Of a stretch of DNA of 64,000 nt, positions 1-12,479 are shown in pieces. The translations under genes and the position numbers were made by a program. The notes below the pieces were generated by a model. It saw only the letters and a list, made by a program, of their open reading frames with translations, made no database searches and was not told where the DNA came from. This stretch comes from Heteronotia binoei. Its lineage: Eukaryota. Within the stretch, counting starts at the first letter, position 1. The number at the start of each line of letters is the position of its first letter. The DNA lies in the NCBI RefSeq assembly GCF_032191835.1, contig NC_083239.1, positions 20,708,001 through 20,772,000 on the forward strand. Reading direction: 5' to 3'.

Positions 1-1563
1 CCCCTGCCTGTTTATGTAAAAGACAGTGGCTACGTTGTCCGAGGTTACCTGGACATGGGAGTTCTGTAGAGATGGAAGGAATAACCTCAGAGCTCTGTGG
101 ACCGCAAGAAGCTCTAGGCAGTTGATATGGAGCGAGCTTTCGTAGTTCGTCCATTTGCCTTGGACTGTGAAGGCTCCCAAGTGGGCTCCCCATCCCCACT
201 TGGAAGCGTCTGTGGTGACGATCATGGAGGGAGGTGCCTGTTTGAATGGCATTCCCACAGAGAGGTGACGTTGTATCGTCCACCATCTTAGGGATGGGAT
301 GATGTGAGACGGAAGAGTCAGTAATATGGACTGATGCTGCCTCTGAGGGTGGAAAGTCCTGATAAACCATAGTTGTAGAGGGCGCATGTGGAGCTTTGCA
401 AAGCAGAGGACTGCAGTGGTGGCTGCCATTAGACCCAGCATTTTCTGGTAGACGAGTGCTGTTTGGCAGCGGTGAGCAATAATTGTGTTGGCTAGAGATT
501 GGATGCTGTGTATTCTGTCTTGAGGTAGAGAAGCTGTTTGGGAGACCGTAGAAATATTTGCTCCTATGAACTGTATTGATTGAGTTGGGGTCAACTTGGA
601 CTTTGCTGTGTTGACTTGGAGGCCGAGGGTGGCTAGAAGAGAAAGAGTGGTGGAGACGTCCAGTTGGAGTTGTTCCCTTGTGGGGGAAACGATCAGCCAG
701 TCGTCTATGTAAGGAAAAATTGATATTTTTCGTTGACGCAGGGTTGCGGCCACCACCGCCATACATTTGGTGAAAACTCTCGGCGCCGTCGAGAGACCGA
801 AAGGGAGAGAGCGGAATTGGAAATGTTGATTTCCGATGGCGAACCTCAGAAACCTTCTGTGGTGGTGAGTGATTGTTATGTGGAAATATGCATCCTGTAA
901 GTCTATCGATGCCATCCAGGCTTGTTCTGGGATAAGAGGCAGGATTGACTGAAGGGTGATCATGCGGAATTTCTTGTAGGTGATATGCAGATTGAGTTTG
1001 CGGAGATCGAGGATAGGACGGAGTCCCCCGTCTCTTTTCGGCACCAGAAAGTAGCGGGAGTAGAATCCGGTACGATGATACTGGGGCGGTACCGGTTCTA
1101 TCGCACCCTTGTCCAGCAAGGAGGAGATTTCCGCTTGAAGAGGTACGGAAGGTGGTGTGGTGATGAATCTGTGATGTTTTGGGGTGGATCTGAATTCTAT
1201 TGTATAACCCCTGTGGATGATGGCGAGGACCCATGAGTCCGATGTTATGGACTCCCACTTGGGGTAAAAGGGTAGGAGACGGATGTCTGAGTGATGATGT
1301 GGCTGAAGCAGAATGTCTGGACGTCTTAGAGGGGTAGGGGAGTCAAAGAGACTGTTTGGTGGTAGGAGTGGTCTTCTTTGATGTTTGTGGGCGAGCCCTT
1401 TGTTGATAGAGCTGTTTGGATTGAGGAGGCTTACGTTTCCAAGCTTCTGGTTGTCTAGGAGATCTTGAGCTTTTATAGTAGTAAGGTCTCCAATTTCTTT
1501 GCTTGGCAAGGTGAGGTTGAGGCTGAGTGACTCCCAGTCTCTTGGCTCTCTTACGGCTATCGT
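1..1563 (-). CDS. DIRS ORF2 (reverse transcriptase + RNase H), open to the window edge, missing from the ORF track
   Basis: Hand translation shows no stop from 1563 to 1: WESITSDSWVLAIIHRGY, GFYSRYFLVPKRDGGLRPILDLR, SIDLQDAYFHI, LPFGLSTAPRVFTK, FPYIDDWL, then RNase H TTDASKWGWG, HINCLELLAV, SDNVATVFYINRQG. First in-frame ATG is at 963, inside the RT domain. Confidence 0.93.
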
Positions 1564-3553
1564 CTACATTGGTGAGGATGTCGTCTGTGGTGGCATTAAA
1601 CAGTCCAAGACCATCGAAGGGAAGGTCCTCAATTTTAAACTTAATATCTGGTTGGAGCGAAGAGGATCTGAGCCAGGCATGCCTGCGTAGAGCTATGGCC
1701 GAGGCTAAAGTTCTGGATGAACATTGAGCAGCATGGCATGCTGTGTTAATTTGTTGCTTGCACACTCTGGCAATCTCTTGCAGGGCATTGGTAGCTGGTT
1801 TCTGTGTCTCTTCCGGCAAGGAAGGGATCAGAGTGTTGAGATATGAAGTCAGGTTAAATGTATAGGCTGAGAAATATGCCATGCAGTTATGGATTTTAGT
1901 CGTGGCAGTGGTAAGGGAGTAAATCTTCCTCCCGATGGTGTCTAGTTTCTTGCCTTCCTTCTCCGGAGGCACAGGGTGTCTGGTTTGCTTGGATTTAGAG
2001 GAGGAATGAACTATCATAGAGTTCGGTGCAGGGTGGTTGAACAGAAACTTAGATTCTGGAGCATGGACCTTGTAGAGTGCCTCAACTCTTTTGGAGGTTG
2101 GTGGTACCGATGCCGGCTTGTCCCAGGCTTCCTTGAGAGTCTCTAGGTGAACGGGAAGCATGGGAAAGGATGAGCCAGCAGGGAGGTCAGCATTCACTAG
2201 GTCGTATACAACGTCAGAGACTCTAGGGGCATCAGAGGTGAGTTTAATATTAAGCGAGTTGGCCATATTAGCCAAAAGGTCCAGGTAGGATTTAGGACCT
2301 TCAGAAGGCGACAGTTCTGCCGGCTTGGCTATGTCAGAAAGTGGAGAGTGAGGGTCCGAATTCGAAGAATGAGAAGAGTCGGATTGCTCGGCTTCGGAGT
2401 CGATATCGGGTTCGATATCGGGTTCGTCTCGAGGTTTGGCCGGAGGTTCTAGGGTAGGAGGCTGTTTCTTTGAAGCCGAAGAAGTGGACCTCGCTGGAGA
2501 CGTCGGTATGGGTTTAGAAATGTAGCGAGCCGATTCTTCTCTGTGTCGAGGTCGTTCGTCATAGCAAAGGTAACGTTTGTGAGGAGAGTAATCGTAGTAT
2601 CGGTCTCGATGATCTCTGTAGACTCGATCATGGCGTCGAGGAGAGTCTTGTCGGAAATCATCACGGTACCTAGGCTCCGCCCGACAATAAGGATCTAGAG
2701 AGGGAGATCTTCGAAGTCTCCGACGGTCCCGGGGAGACGGCAATCTGGACCTCGATCTGGACCTCGAAGGGGAATAGTAGTAATAACGTTCCCTATGGTG
2801 GCTTCGGGATCGTTGTGTTCGCTGACGGAGTGGTACATCCTTAGGAGTCAAGGGTTCTCTGGTCAGGGAAAGGGCCGACAGAGGTTGCAGAGGTACTTCA
2901 CGGAAGGAGCGTCCATCGAGAGTATTGAGACGCTGGCTTTTAGGTGAGTCAATGTCCAGTATTTTCTCCGGTGGAGAGCCGTGGATAGAAGGCGATTTAG
3001 ACGACATACGGACTATCTCGAGCGGCGTAATGGCAGGGGTCGAAGTCGATTTCGAGCCCGGCAAGATAGGAATCGAGACGTTGGAGGTTGTCATCGGGTT
3101 CGAAGTCGAAGGCCTCGAGTCGGAAGGCTTGTGAACGGTCTTAGACTTCTTCGCTGTTTTAAGGCCGGTCGAATCCGAATGAGTCGAATCGGAACGATGG
3201 CGCTTTTTGGGGTCATCCGATTTTTTAGGATGTTTTCCGGACTTAAGCTTGCAGGGAACCTGAGCCACGGAAGCTGCCGGCTGCGCCGCTCCCGTAGTAG
3301 TTAGGGAAGCTGGCGTAGATTGGTGGGCCGCGTGAGACATATCTGGTCTAAGGGAGGATTCCAGGAGATGGCTCTTAAGCCGCGCGGTGCGGTTTTTACG
3401 GGCTTGCTTGCCGAACTGAATGCAGTGATGGCAGGAGTCCGTATGATGCGCCTCGCCGAGGCAGAAAAGGCACAAGGAATGTCCGTCAGAAGAGGGGATT
3501 TTAGCAGAGCAGCGAACGCAGAGTTTGAAGGTGATTTTGTCTCTTCCTTCCAT
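1343..3553 (-). CDS. DIRS ORF1 (gag-like, 736 aa): N-terminal PHD-like Cys/His finger, Arg/Ser-rich middle, LAP2alpha-like C-terminal region
   Basis: ORF track. Motif CVRC-x9-H-x2-C-x2-CLG-x2-H-x4-C-x2-C; RSPSRSRSRS tract; C-terminal LRRHAWLR...DLPFDGLGLF typical of vertebrate DIRS gag. Confidence 0.9.
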   Translation of the reverse strand: MEGRDKITFKLCVRCSAKIPSSDGHSLCLFCLGEAHHTDSCHHCIQFGKQARKNRTARLKSHLLESSLRPDMSHAAHQSTPASLTTTGAAQPAASVAQVPCKLKSGKHPKKSDDPKKRHRSDSTHSDSTGLKTAKKSKTVHKPSDSRPSTSNPMTTSNVSIPILPGSKSTSTPAITPLEIVRMSSKSPSIHGSPPEKILDIDSPKSQRLNTLDGRSFREVPLQPLSALSLTREPLTPKDVPLRQRTQRSRSHHRERYYYYSPSRSRSRSRLPSPRDRRRLRRSPSLDPYCRAEPRYRDDFRQDSPRRHDRVYRDHRDRYYDYSPHKRYLCYDERPRHREESARYISKPIPTSPARSTSSASKKQPPTLEPPAKPRDEPDIEPDIDSEAEQSDSSHSSNSDPHSPLSDIAKPAELSPSEGPKSYLDLLANMANSLNIKLTSDAPRVSDVVYDLVNADLPAGSSFPMLPVHLETLKEAWDKPASVPPTSKRVEALYKVHAPESKFLFNHPAPNSMIVHSSSKSKQTRHPVPPEKEGKKLDTIGRKIYSLTTATTKIHNCMAYFSAYTFNLTSYLNTLIPSLPEETQKPATNALQEIARVCKQQINTACHAAQCSSRTLASAIALRRHAWLRSSSLQPDIKFKIEDLPFDGLGLFNATTDDILTNVDDSRKRAKRLGVTQPQPHLAKQRNWRPYYYKSSRSPRQPEAWKRKPPQSKQLYQQRARPQTSKKTTPTTKQSL

Positions 3554-4348
3554 CCGCCCGGAGGGAAAGGAGGGGAAGGGGGGGGGGTAGGGAAGGAAAA
3601 GACCGAAATAGCAAGGCCTTTTTTTTTTTTAATACGATACCAGAAGAAGTAAAGTGAAGAAGCTGAAGAAAGCTGGAAAGGAACGTTGAAGGTAGATTGC
3701 GATGAAAAAGCAGGAGACTCAACGAGGTAGGTATGATCCGGACGGCGGTAAAAAAGAAACTGAGTGGGCTAGCGCCTCCCCCTCGTCCAGGAATGCGCAG
3801 ACGGTGCCTCCTCCCCAGGACGAGGAGAAGGCGCGCCAAATTTAACGCTTAAAGATTGCTTTGAATTCTCCGAGGTCGGGCCCGATCCTGCGGATTACCC
3901 ATATGTGGGACTGCACAGAGACCACAATGAAGATCCTCAAATTAAGCAATCGTCCTCCAGTTTCACATGGAGCTGTTTCCTTTTAACAGCTGGAGCCCCA
4001 AGAAAAGATCTCCCTTTCCAATCTGAAGCACTACAGTTATGCTACTCGACAGTATCTCCCAACCATGGAGAAGCTGCTGCAATAGGGCTAAAATACTTAT
4101 GCCAATTTAAGAAAATTCTGTGAGGTTTGCAGATGGGGGAGGGGGTCCTGCCACTCATTAGGGATGGCACTGCTGCCAGTCTAACTGCTACAGGCCATAG
4201 AACCTCTGAGCTCCAGAACTAGTTCATACTCTTGCCTTTGAAACAGGTTTAACTGCAGGTTGAAATGCCTGTCAGTGTGTCTGACAACCAACAAAGAACC
4301 ACCAGCATACTTATCTAGAGAAAAAAGTCAGCTCCCATATGATCTTAA

Positions 4349-5910
4349 GGCGAACTATCGGCCGGTGTCAAACCTTCCCTTCCTGGGTAAGGTCATAGAG
4401 CGGGCGGTGGCGACTCAGCTGCAGGGATTCCTGGAGGACACTTCCGCACTGGATCCATTCCAGTCCGGCTTTCGGCCAGGTCACGGGACGGAGACAGTTC
4501 TGGTCGCCCTCATGGATGATCTTATGCGACATCTGGATCAGGGCGGCTCTGCAGTGCTGCTGTTATTAGATCTGTCAGCCGCTTTTGACACGGTTGACCA
4601 CCAGCTACTGACTGACCGCCTCACCGATGTGGGGATACAGGGATCTGCCTTGCAGTGGCTGACTTCCTTTCTCCAAGATCGGGGACAAAGGGTGGTGATA
4701 GGGGAGGAAGCATCCCAGAGGCACTCCCTTAGTTGCGGGGTGCCGCAGGGAGCGGTCCTATCCCCGATGCTATTTAATATCTATATGCGCCCCCTTGCCC
4801 AGATTGTCAGGAGGTATGGACTGGGTTGCCATCAATATGCGGATGACACCCAGCTCTACCTAATGATGGGTGGCCAGTCTGACTGTACCCTGGAAAATCT
4901 AGACCTGGCATTACAAGCCGTGGCCTCCTGGCTCAGACTAAGTCGGCTGAAATTGAATCCGACGAAGACGGAGGTTCTCTACCTGGGTCGGGGCGGTCCG
5001 GGGAGAGAGATCCAGCTGCCGGCCCTTGATGGGGTGCCACTAATACCGGTCCCCAAGGTCAAGAGCTTAGGCGTGCTCCTTGAGTCCTCCCTTACAATGG
5101 AGGCTCAGGTGGCAGCCACTGTTAGATCTGCCTTTTTCCATCTTCGGCAAGCATGGCAGCTGGCCCCTTACCTGGACCGCAGCGACCTAGCGACGGTAAT
5201 CCATGCTACGGTCACCTCAAGAATAGATCACTGTAATGCTCTCTACATGGGGCTACCCCTGACGCTAACCCGGAGACTACAACTAGTGCAGAACGCTGCG
5301 GCACGGCTGTTAATGGGGCTACCACGACGGGAGCACATTCGGCCAGTGCTGAGAGAGCTGCACTGGTTGCCTGTTGTGTTCCGAGTTCGCTTCAAGGTGT
5401 TGGTATTAACCTTTAAAGCCCTTTATGGTCAGGGACCTGCCTATCTACGGGACCGCCTTTCCCCATATATCCCCCAGAGAGCACTGCGATCAGGGACAAA
5501 AAATCTGCTGTCTGCCCCTGGCCCAAAAGAAGCCAGGCTATGCGCAACAAGATCTAGGGCCTTCTCGGTGGCAGCACCAGAACTCTGGAACACCCTCCCA
5601 GAAGCTATAAGGGCCCTGCGGGATTTGTCGGTGTTCCGCAGGGCCTGTAAGACCGAACTGTTTAGACAGGCTTTTCTGGTTGACTGAAAATGGGCTGCCA
5701 CCGGACATCCTACAGAAGCTGGTGGTCATAGTCAGAACCGAATACCGCCAGACTGAATTGAGATAGCGTGATAGTTTTAAACTGATAAATGTATTATGGT
5801 TTTATATGTTTTATGGAATTGATTGTTTTTATGATACTGTAAGCCGCCCTGAGTCCGCTTGCGGAGAGGGCGGGATATAAATGCAAAGTAATAAATAAAT
5901 AAATAAATAA
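4349..5910 (+). mobile_element. L2-clade LINE, 5'-truncated, RT C-terminal half uninterrupted to the stop at 5687, (TAAA)n tail
   Basis: ORF 4260..5687 (first ~30 aa are flanking DNA) has QSGFRPGHGTET, LLDLSAAFDTVDH, GVPQGAVLSP, QYADDTQLY, LHWLPV, LWNTLP. 3' end CTGTAAGCCGCCCTGAG...(TAAA)n. Homology to the second copy starts at 4349. Confidence 0.93.
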
Positions 5911-8900
5911 GGACAGGCAGCGGGAGAAAAGCTGAGCAATCAATCTTTTCCACTGTGGAGGAAGATGTCATTTAACAAAATCAACTTAAATTATCATTTA
6001 AACGTTTACACATCAACAATATCTAAGCCATATTCATATTCTAACACATCATTCTACTACTAACTTTTAAAGAAAAATTAACATTTCAGTCTTATGCGCA
6101 GATGGTTAATAATAAGACTAGCATTGGAAAATACTCACCACACAAGCAAAGACAATCCTAGAACACACAGGTAACCCTTTTCCAAACCTTGGAAAATGTT
6201 TACAGCTATATATAAACAGTAAATACAACTTTTACTGTTTAAACACTGAAAAGTTCAGAGTTACCTTCAAGATCCCATATAAAGTGTAGAGGGGATTCAG
6301 AGTCAGGAGAACCTCACAGTGACCAAATACACTCATATTTAAGGAGGTTTTTGCAATAAAATATAAAGACCGAGGGCGGGGGGAAGGACAAATGATTTTT
6401 CTGGGGGGTTTTTTCCAAGTTTTTTTTCACTTCCCCAAACATGTAACTAATTTTTTGCACAATATTTATTTACAAGATATTTATCCCACATTTCTGCCCA
6501 ATCAGGACCACCTAATACGCTATGCGTACAATATACTGAAGAGTTTTCAATGTTTGAAGTTCAACCTGATATTGAAACATGTAGCTGGCTATTAACTGTG
6601 TGAGACTGTTTTTGGACAGATAAATGCATTTTCTTGTTACTTTGAAATGCAATTTTTTGCTATCTGAGAGCAAGAAAAAAAGAAAGATACATGTGCTAAG
6701 GAAATGGTGCAGCAGTCCACATCTGTCTTTCTTTAGTACTAGGCATACTTCTGCTTGTAGGATACTTAGGCATTCAATTTTAAATTTTATAAATATGCCA
6801 AAGAGTACAATTTGACAGGCTAATTAAGCCATACACGATACGTTTTATGGTGTAACACCAATAAAATAAAGAAAATATTGCTTATATTTCAATTTTTTTA
6901 CATGGTTTCTACATTTCTAGAACTTTTACATCTCTACTTTTTTCCATGATTCTTTTTTTCAGTGTTGAGGGGTATCAGCAGATGTCCACACCCAGCACTG
7001 CACCTAAGGTATCTTTGCCATTTTCTGTTGGCCCAAATAACTGTTCTGTTCAGGATAATAATTCACCGCACCAAGCACACAATCCCCCTTAAAAACATGT
7101 GGGACAGTGGGCCTTATAAAGGCTAATTAAGGGCTAGGAGAGTAACAGTCTAGAGCAAAGCCTGCCCCACCCATGTAAGCACTCAGCCCACATTCCATTC
7201 TCTCCTGCCTGCACTTCCCAAACAAGCTTATGACACTGGAGAGACCAGCCCAGATGATCCAAGAGACAGCAGAAGCACAAGATTATTAGCAGGGCATTTG
7301 CAGGTAGTGAATAGGAAGGAAAGATGACCTAAAGCCACCAAGCCCCTCTCAGAGGGTCTGCCAGTAAGTCATTCTGCTAGTTAAGAGAGATATATTTCAA
7401 GTATATCTATGCTGTCAGCATAATCTGATGTACAAAGTGTGTCACTGACTAGAATACCTCATATTCAAACCAGTGAATAGGCATGACTGTGCCCACATGC
7501 TATGATTCCACAGTAATTCAGAATGTACTTCCACATTCAGAGTGACCTTTCCTTTTATAGTTTCCAGCCATTCAAGCTTCAAAGCATGTGGGCAGCACCT
7601 ACTGAAGCATTCTATGCTTTCATTAGTTCAGGGTCCTCCAATAATTATAATTATGCTGCTGTACAGCAGGTGTTCTTAAACATGCCTGTGCACATGCGCA
7701 CACACAACCAATCAAGAGATATCCCATCAACCCACAATGGATTACTATAGCATTGTACCTCTGGTGCAGCAAACACCACTGCAGACAACCTCACAACACA
7801 AGAGCATACATGGAATGTGCCCCTTCTCTGACCAAGCCAGTTTGTAAACAAGGAAATAAAAGAAAAGCATTTTGCTATCTAGGAAGTCAAGCTATTGCTA
7901 TAAATGGCCTTTTCACATGTTGGTTAAACTGCTCCCCCAGCATCACAACAGGTGTCAGATGCCAAAGTCCTGACACTGTGTTCTCTCAACACAAGCAACT
8001 CAGAGTGACGAAGCTCAATGAGGATACAGACAAGGCCAAATCACACTACGTGACTGCACTATAGGTTACATTGGGTGGTACCTATCACCAGGACTAGGGG
8101 AGAAACAGCATTACAAAGTCTTAAAAACGAAGTATCCAAGCAGCTGTAATTTTTCCAGCCTTTCCATATCATCCAATATGAATGAGTGGGGTTTTGACAG
8201 ACTCCATGAATATTTTGACAACAGCACCACAGCAAGAGAAATGACAGCCAGAGGGCTGTCAGACTAGAGGCTGCCCAATCCTGGAGCAATTTAACTGGCA
8301 CTTACTTGTTCCAGCTGGATGCAGCAATTTGGGTTCTGATAAGTGTTAAGACAATAGGGCTTACCCCCACAGAAATTCAGAGTGCAGAACCATAACCACC
8401 CTCATTGCAGATTATTTATTAAAATATCTATAGCTCACTTTTGCTCTGGCTCAAGGCAACTATGTTATGATGTTGCTGATGAATCAGGATTTTCAGGTGG
8501 GAACAGAAGTGTAAGCTATATGTCACTAGACTTTTCTTGGCTATTTAGATTTGTCATACAGGCATTAATCCAGGCTCTCTCAGTGTTTTCCCATGAGACC
8601 TCCCTTCTAATTCCCAAACACGGAGGAGATATTACCTGCAGTATGGGAGACAATACAGACAGAAAGGATTGTTTTAAGTTCTAAACTTGTTGCCAAATTA
8701 GTCTGTTGCAGAAAGTAAGGGGACGGGGAGCCTTCTGGCATTCTAAAGCACTAACAGATTTACTGTGAATTACCACATTACATAGGTAAGTTTGCTAGTC
8801 TTTAAAATGCCAGATTACTGCAGTTTTACAGCTGTTATAAGTCTCATTAGAAGACTTTATGAAGTGCTTTATAAAAAGATATAGTACTACTGCTATATGC

Positions 8901-11900
8901 AGCAATCTAAATTCCACACTACTTGCAGGTAGCAAAGTGCTTTTTCAAAACAGGGCCAACTGCTGAGTCCAGTTCAGATGTGGTGTCACAGCATCCAACC
9001 ACACACACACCACGTACGTACCCTTGAAACTTCTCCATACACGCTCTAGCTAATTCTACTCTGGCATACAACATAGTAAACCCAAGGACAGCCCTGACTT
9101 CTTAAAGACTTATTGAATAGATTACAGCTTTACCTAAATGCACAAGACAAACTCCAGACCTGAAACTCTTTGAAAATTGCATCATTCCAAGATAATTCTT
9201 GGGTATCAATCCCAAGATCTCTCCCTTCCTTACAACCAGGCATCAAAGCTGACAGTATTGTGAATTTATCTTGATATCTTCTAGAATAGTGCAGTTATAT
9301 CAGGAACACTCAAAATATCACAATGGGCAAAAGATTTCAAGTTCCTAAGAACTCAGACTGGGTATTGTGTCCCCCCCCCCCCGTTCCTAATGCCCCAAAA
9401 GAAGAAGTGGAGAAAAAGATGTTTCAGGGCACCGCTTTAAAGCCCTGTAGTCTTTAAAGCCCCCACTCACCATTTCGTTTGTATTTAACATTTGGTCTGA
9501 GGGTTTTGAGGGACCCGAACGCCTGCATTCATTATTCTATTTCAGTTCTTTTTTTTATTTAAAAAAGGGGAGGGAAATATCACACTACTGTGCCTGGAAT
9601 TCTACTATAGATCACCAATCTTAATATGTGTTTGCTTCTTAAAATAAAGAAAATATAGATTATCTATTCAAGCTGCAGGTCCACTCATTCAGCTGTCTTA
9701 AACTATTTCCCAATGGGAATTTACTGCCACAAGGCATAGTGATGGATGGTTACTAATCTTAGGTACTTTTAAAACAGGAATTAAGACAAACTGGAGGAAG
9801 AGAGATCTAAAAGTAACTACTAGCCATGAATCTTCCATAAATATTACACTGGCACCTAACAGTACAATTTTCTGTTCAGCTCAGCAAGGGAAATGGTGTC
9901 AAGTGTTATCCTGTCTGCCAGTAGGAGCTAAGTGTGGGGAGCCTTGAGTAAGAGTAGGTCTCACACAAAACCACAATACAACTGAAAATCCACCCATGAA
10001 AGGGTCAAGAGTTGAAAGAGCTGCAATTTTAATTTGTTCTTTGGCCTCCACTTCTGAATCACCCATCAGTTCTCAGGCTAGCGATCTCCACAGTCCTAGT
10101 TGTCATGAAATCTCACATTCTCTCATTCACAAGCTTGTAAGCCAACTATGCAGCAAAACAGGGCCTCTTCCTAGCATACCAACTGTATTACTAGATGGCG
10201 AAAGAATTTTATACTAGACATAACAACTCTTCCACCATTTGGTCCTACAGACCCCCCAAGTAAAGCTATAATTTAGACAAAAAAGGTTCTTTCTCTGTAG
10301 AAAAGCAAAAGCATCAAGAATATTTGTTGCAATGCTGGGGTGATTTACCCCACCATTCTTTTAAATGCAGTAATAAATAGGCAAGTATAATCAGGAGCCT
10401 GCACAGTCAAAGATGTTCACAACAATCCTACTGTACACTGCCAGAGGCCCGAAGCCAGGCAGGGGCACACAGGGCAACACTCACACCTGGTTCTGCCCTG
10501 CCCGTACCCCCCAGGTCTGCTGCTGCCACTTCATGCTGACCACAGCGATGGCTGCACCAGCTGTGGTGTGCAAGAGGAGCCCCAACCAGGCAGGCAGAGC
10601 AGCAGGTGAGTTCAGCAGCTCTCTGCACTCTGGGGGCAGGCTGGATGGAAGGGGAAGAAATCAGAGCGGCAAGGAGTCCCCAATGCTGCTGCTGCACCCA
10701 CCCATTGGATGTTCAGCAGAGGGAGGGAGGCTGGCTGGGCACAATACAATCAAAGACCATGGAAAAGCCAAGGAGAAGGCTCTTGGTTGGTCCAGCTGCT
10801 TCATTTGGCAGCCCTGCAGTGATTTCAAACCTGGAGCTGCAGACGTGATGGGTGCCATTGCACCCATCCATTGGCTGCTCAGTGACATCACCCCACCAAG
10901 TGATGTCACCACATCAGGGACATGTCCCCCACACAAAAAAAATCTGGCTATTGAGCTGTATCACCACAAAATGTGAGGAAGGCATCTAGCCCCCAGTATT
11001 TTAGGAAACTGCAAAACCAAAAGGACATTTGAGGGTGGTTAGCAGTAATTGGACTTTTATTGCCAGATCCTGACTTGTTTTAATTGCTGTGGGGTTTTGT
11101 TAGCCACTGGGAGTCCCTCTTTGTGGGAGGGTGAAGCAGAGTACAAGTGTCTCAATATAAGTAAAACCTCTGCATGTAACATGAGAACTGAAATACTAAA
11201 GCAGCGTTACCCATTTACTGAGATTTCAACTACAGTCAAATTGACACATCTGCCTTTCAGACTCACTGAAGAACCATTTATCACTATCACACTTTAAGAA
11301 CTGAACCCAGTACTCTACTCAGGTAGTAATTGATCCAGGAGGAATGTGCATGGGCTTAGGAACATAAAAATTGTGGTTGTTATTCCCCCCATCAAGTCTT
11401 TTACAGATTAGCAAACAGCCACTTGTCTGGCTACCTGTGGCAAGTAAGAAATGCCTCTGGACGGCTAGGGAAGCTTTTTCTCAAAATCTAGCAGACTTGG
11501 TGGGCCTCCCAATGATTTTAAAAGTTTGTGTTTGAACAGGTGAGCTAGTAAAAATATATGCAGACTAATAATTTTTCCATATTTGTGGCACCAGTTTATG
11601 AGCAGTACAACAAACTATTTCTGGCTACAAATCATATTATAGCCGTTATAATTCTTCCTAAACTAAGAATGTGAACTAAGCAATGAGAAAGCCCAATCTA
11701 AGCCACTTTTGTAGTGATACTAAAGGACCACCTAATTTCAGCATCACTGAAATTGCTTTATTGTTCATTGTATGGAATGCCTGTGATATTAACTATTATC
11801 AACATGCCTGGAGCAGATTCACAGAATATAGCCATTTTGTGTTTAACTAAAGTTGTGAATTGTAATTTATTGATCTGATGATTTTAGGATTTTAACAGAT

Positions 11901-12479
11901 TAATGTATATGTTTTATATAGTTACCCATACTGAGCTTGTCTTAGCAGGATGGGAAGGATATAAATCCCTTCAATAAAATATATAAAATTTAAAAAGCTG
12001 CAACAGACAAATACTCTCAGAAAAGGTTTTGAGGCATAGAGGCAGAGCAGAGCGTACACTACACAAACAGGTCTCTCGTTCTTATACCAGCATATGACAC
12101 CAGGGAGCCAGGGCTCAAGACAAAGGCAGTGAGTCAAAATAGAACTGCTCTAGATAAAGCAATGGCCTACTGCTAACATCAGTGTTCACACTGCCCCCAT
12201 GGAAACATGCCGTCACACAAACTGCACTGCAAACAAGACAACCCAGAGAGTTACTCAGCACTAATAGCGTTTCCAACCTCGAGGTGGGGCCTGGAGGTCT
12301 TCCGGAATTACAACTGATATTCAGACTACAGAGATCAGTTCTTATGGAAGAAACAGCAACTTCGACAGACAGAAGCTACGGCATCACATCCACACTGAGT
12401 TTCCTCTCCTCCCCAAACAACCAAGATTTTCCCAAGTTAGGGCTGGCTGTTGGCAACCCTCAGCATCAATGCTGGAGTA

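Larger units (their letters stand above)
1..3935 (-). mobile_element. DIRS1-like tyrosine-recombinase retrotransposon, 5' part; continues beyond the left edge
   Basis: Intact gag-like ORF followed by an overlapping RT/RNase H ORF; CpG-rich. The minus-strand 5' terminus TCTTCATTGTGGTCTCTGTGCAGTCCCACATATGGG near 3933 resembles vertebrate DIRS termini. The YR ORF would lie outside the window. Confidence 0.93.

Noticed and set aside
985-3839. Plus-strand and alternate-frame ORFs over the DIRS element (985..1236, 2925..3134, 2981..3304, 3320..3652, 3501..3839)
   Set aside because: Antisense or shifted shadows of GC-rich gag/pol codons; no recognisable motifs.
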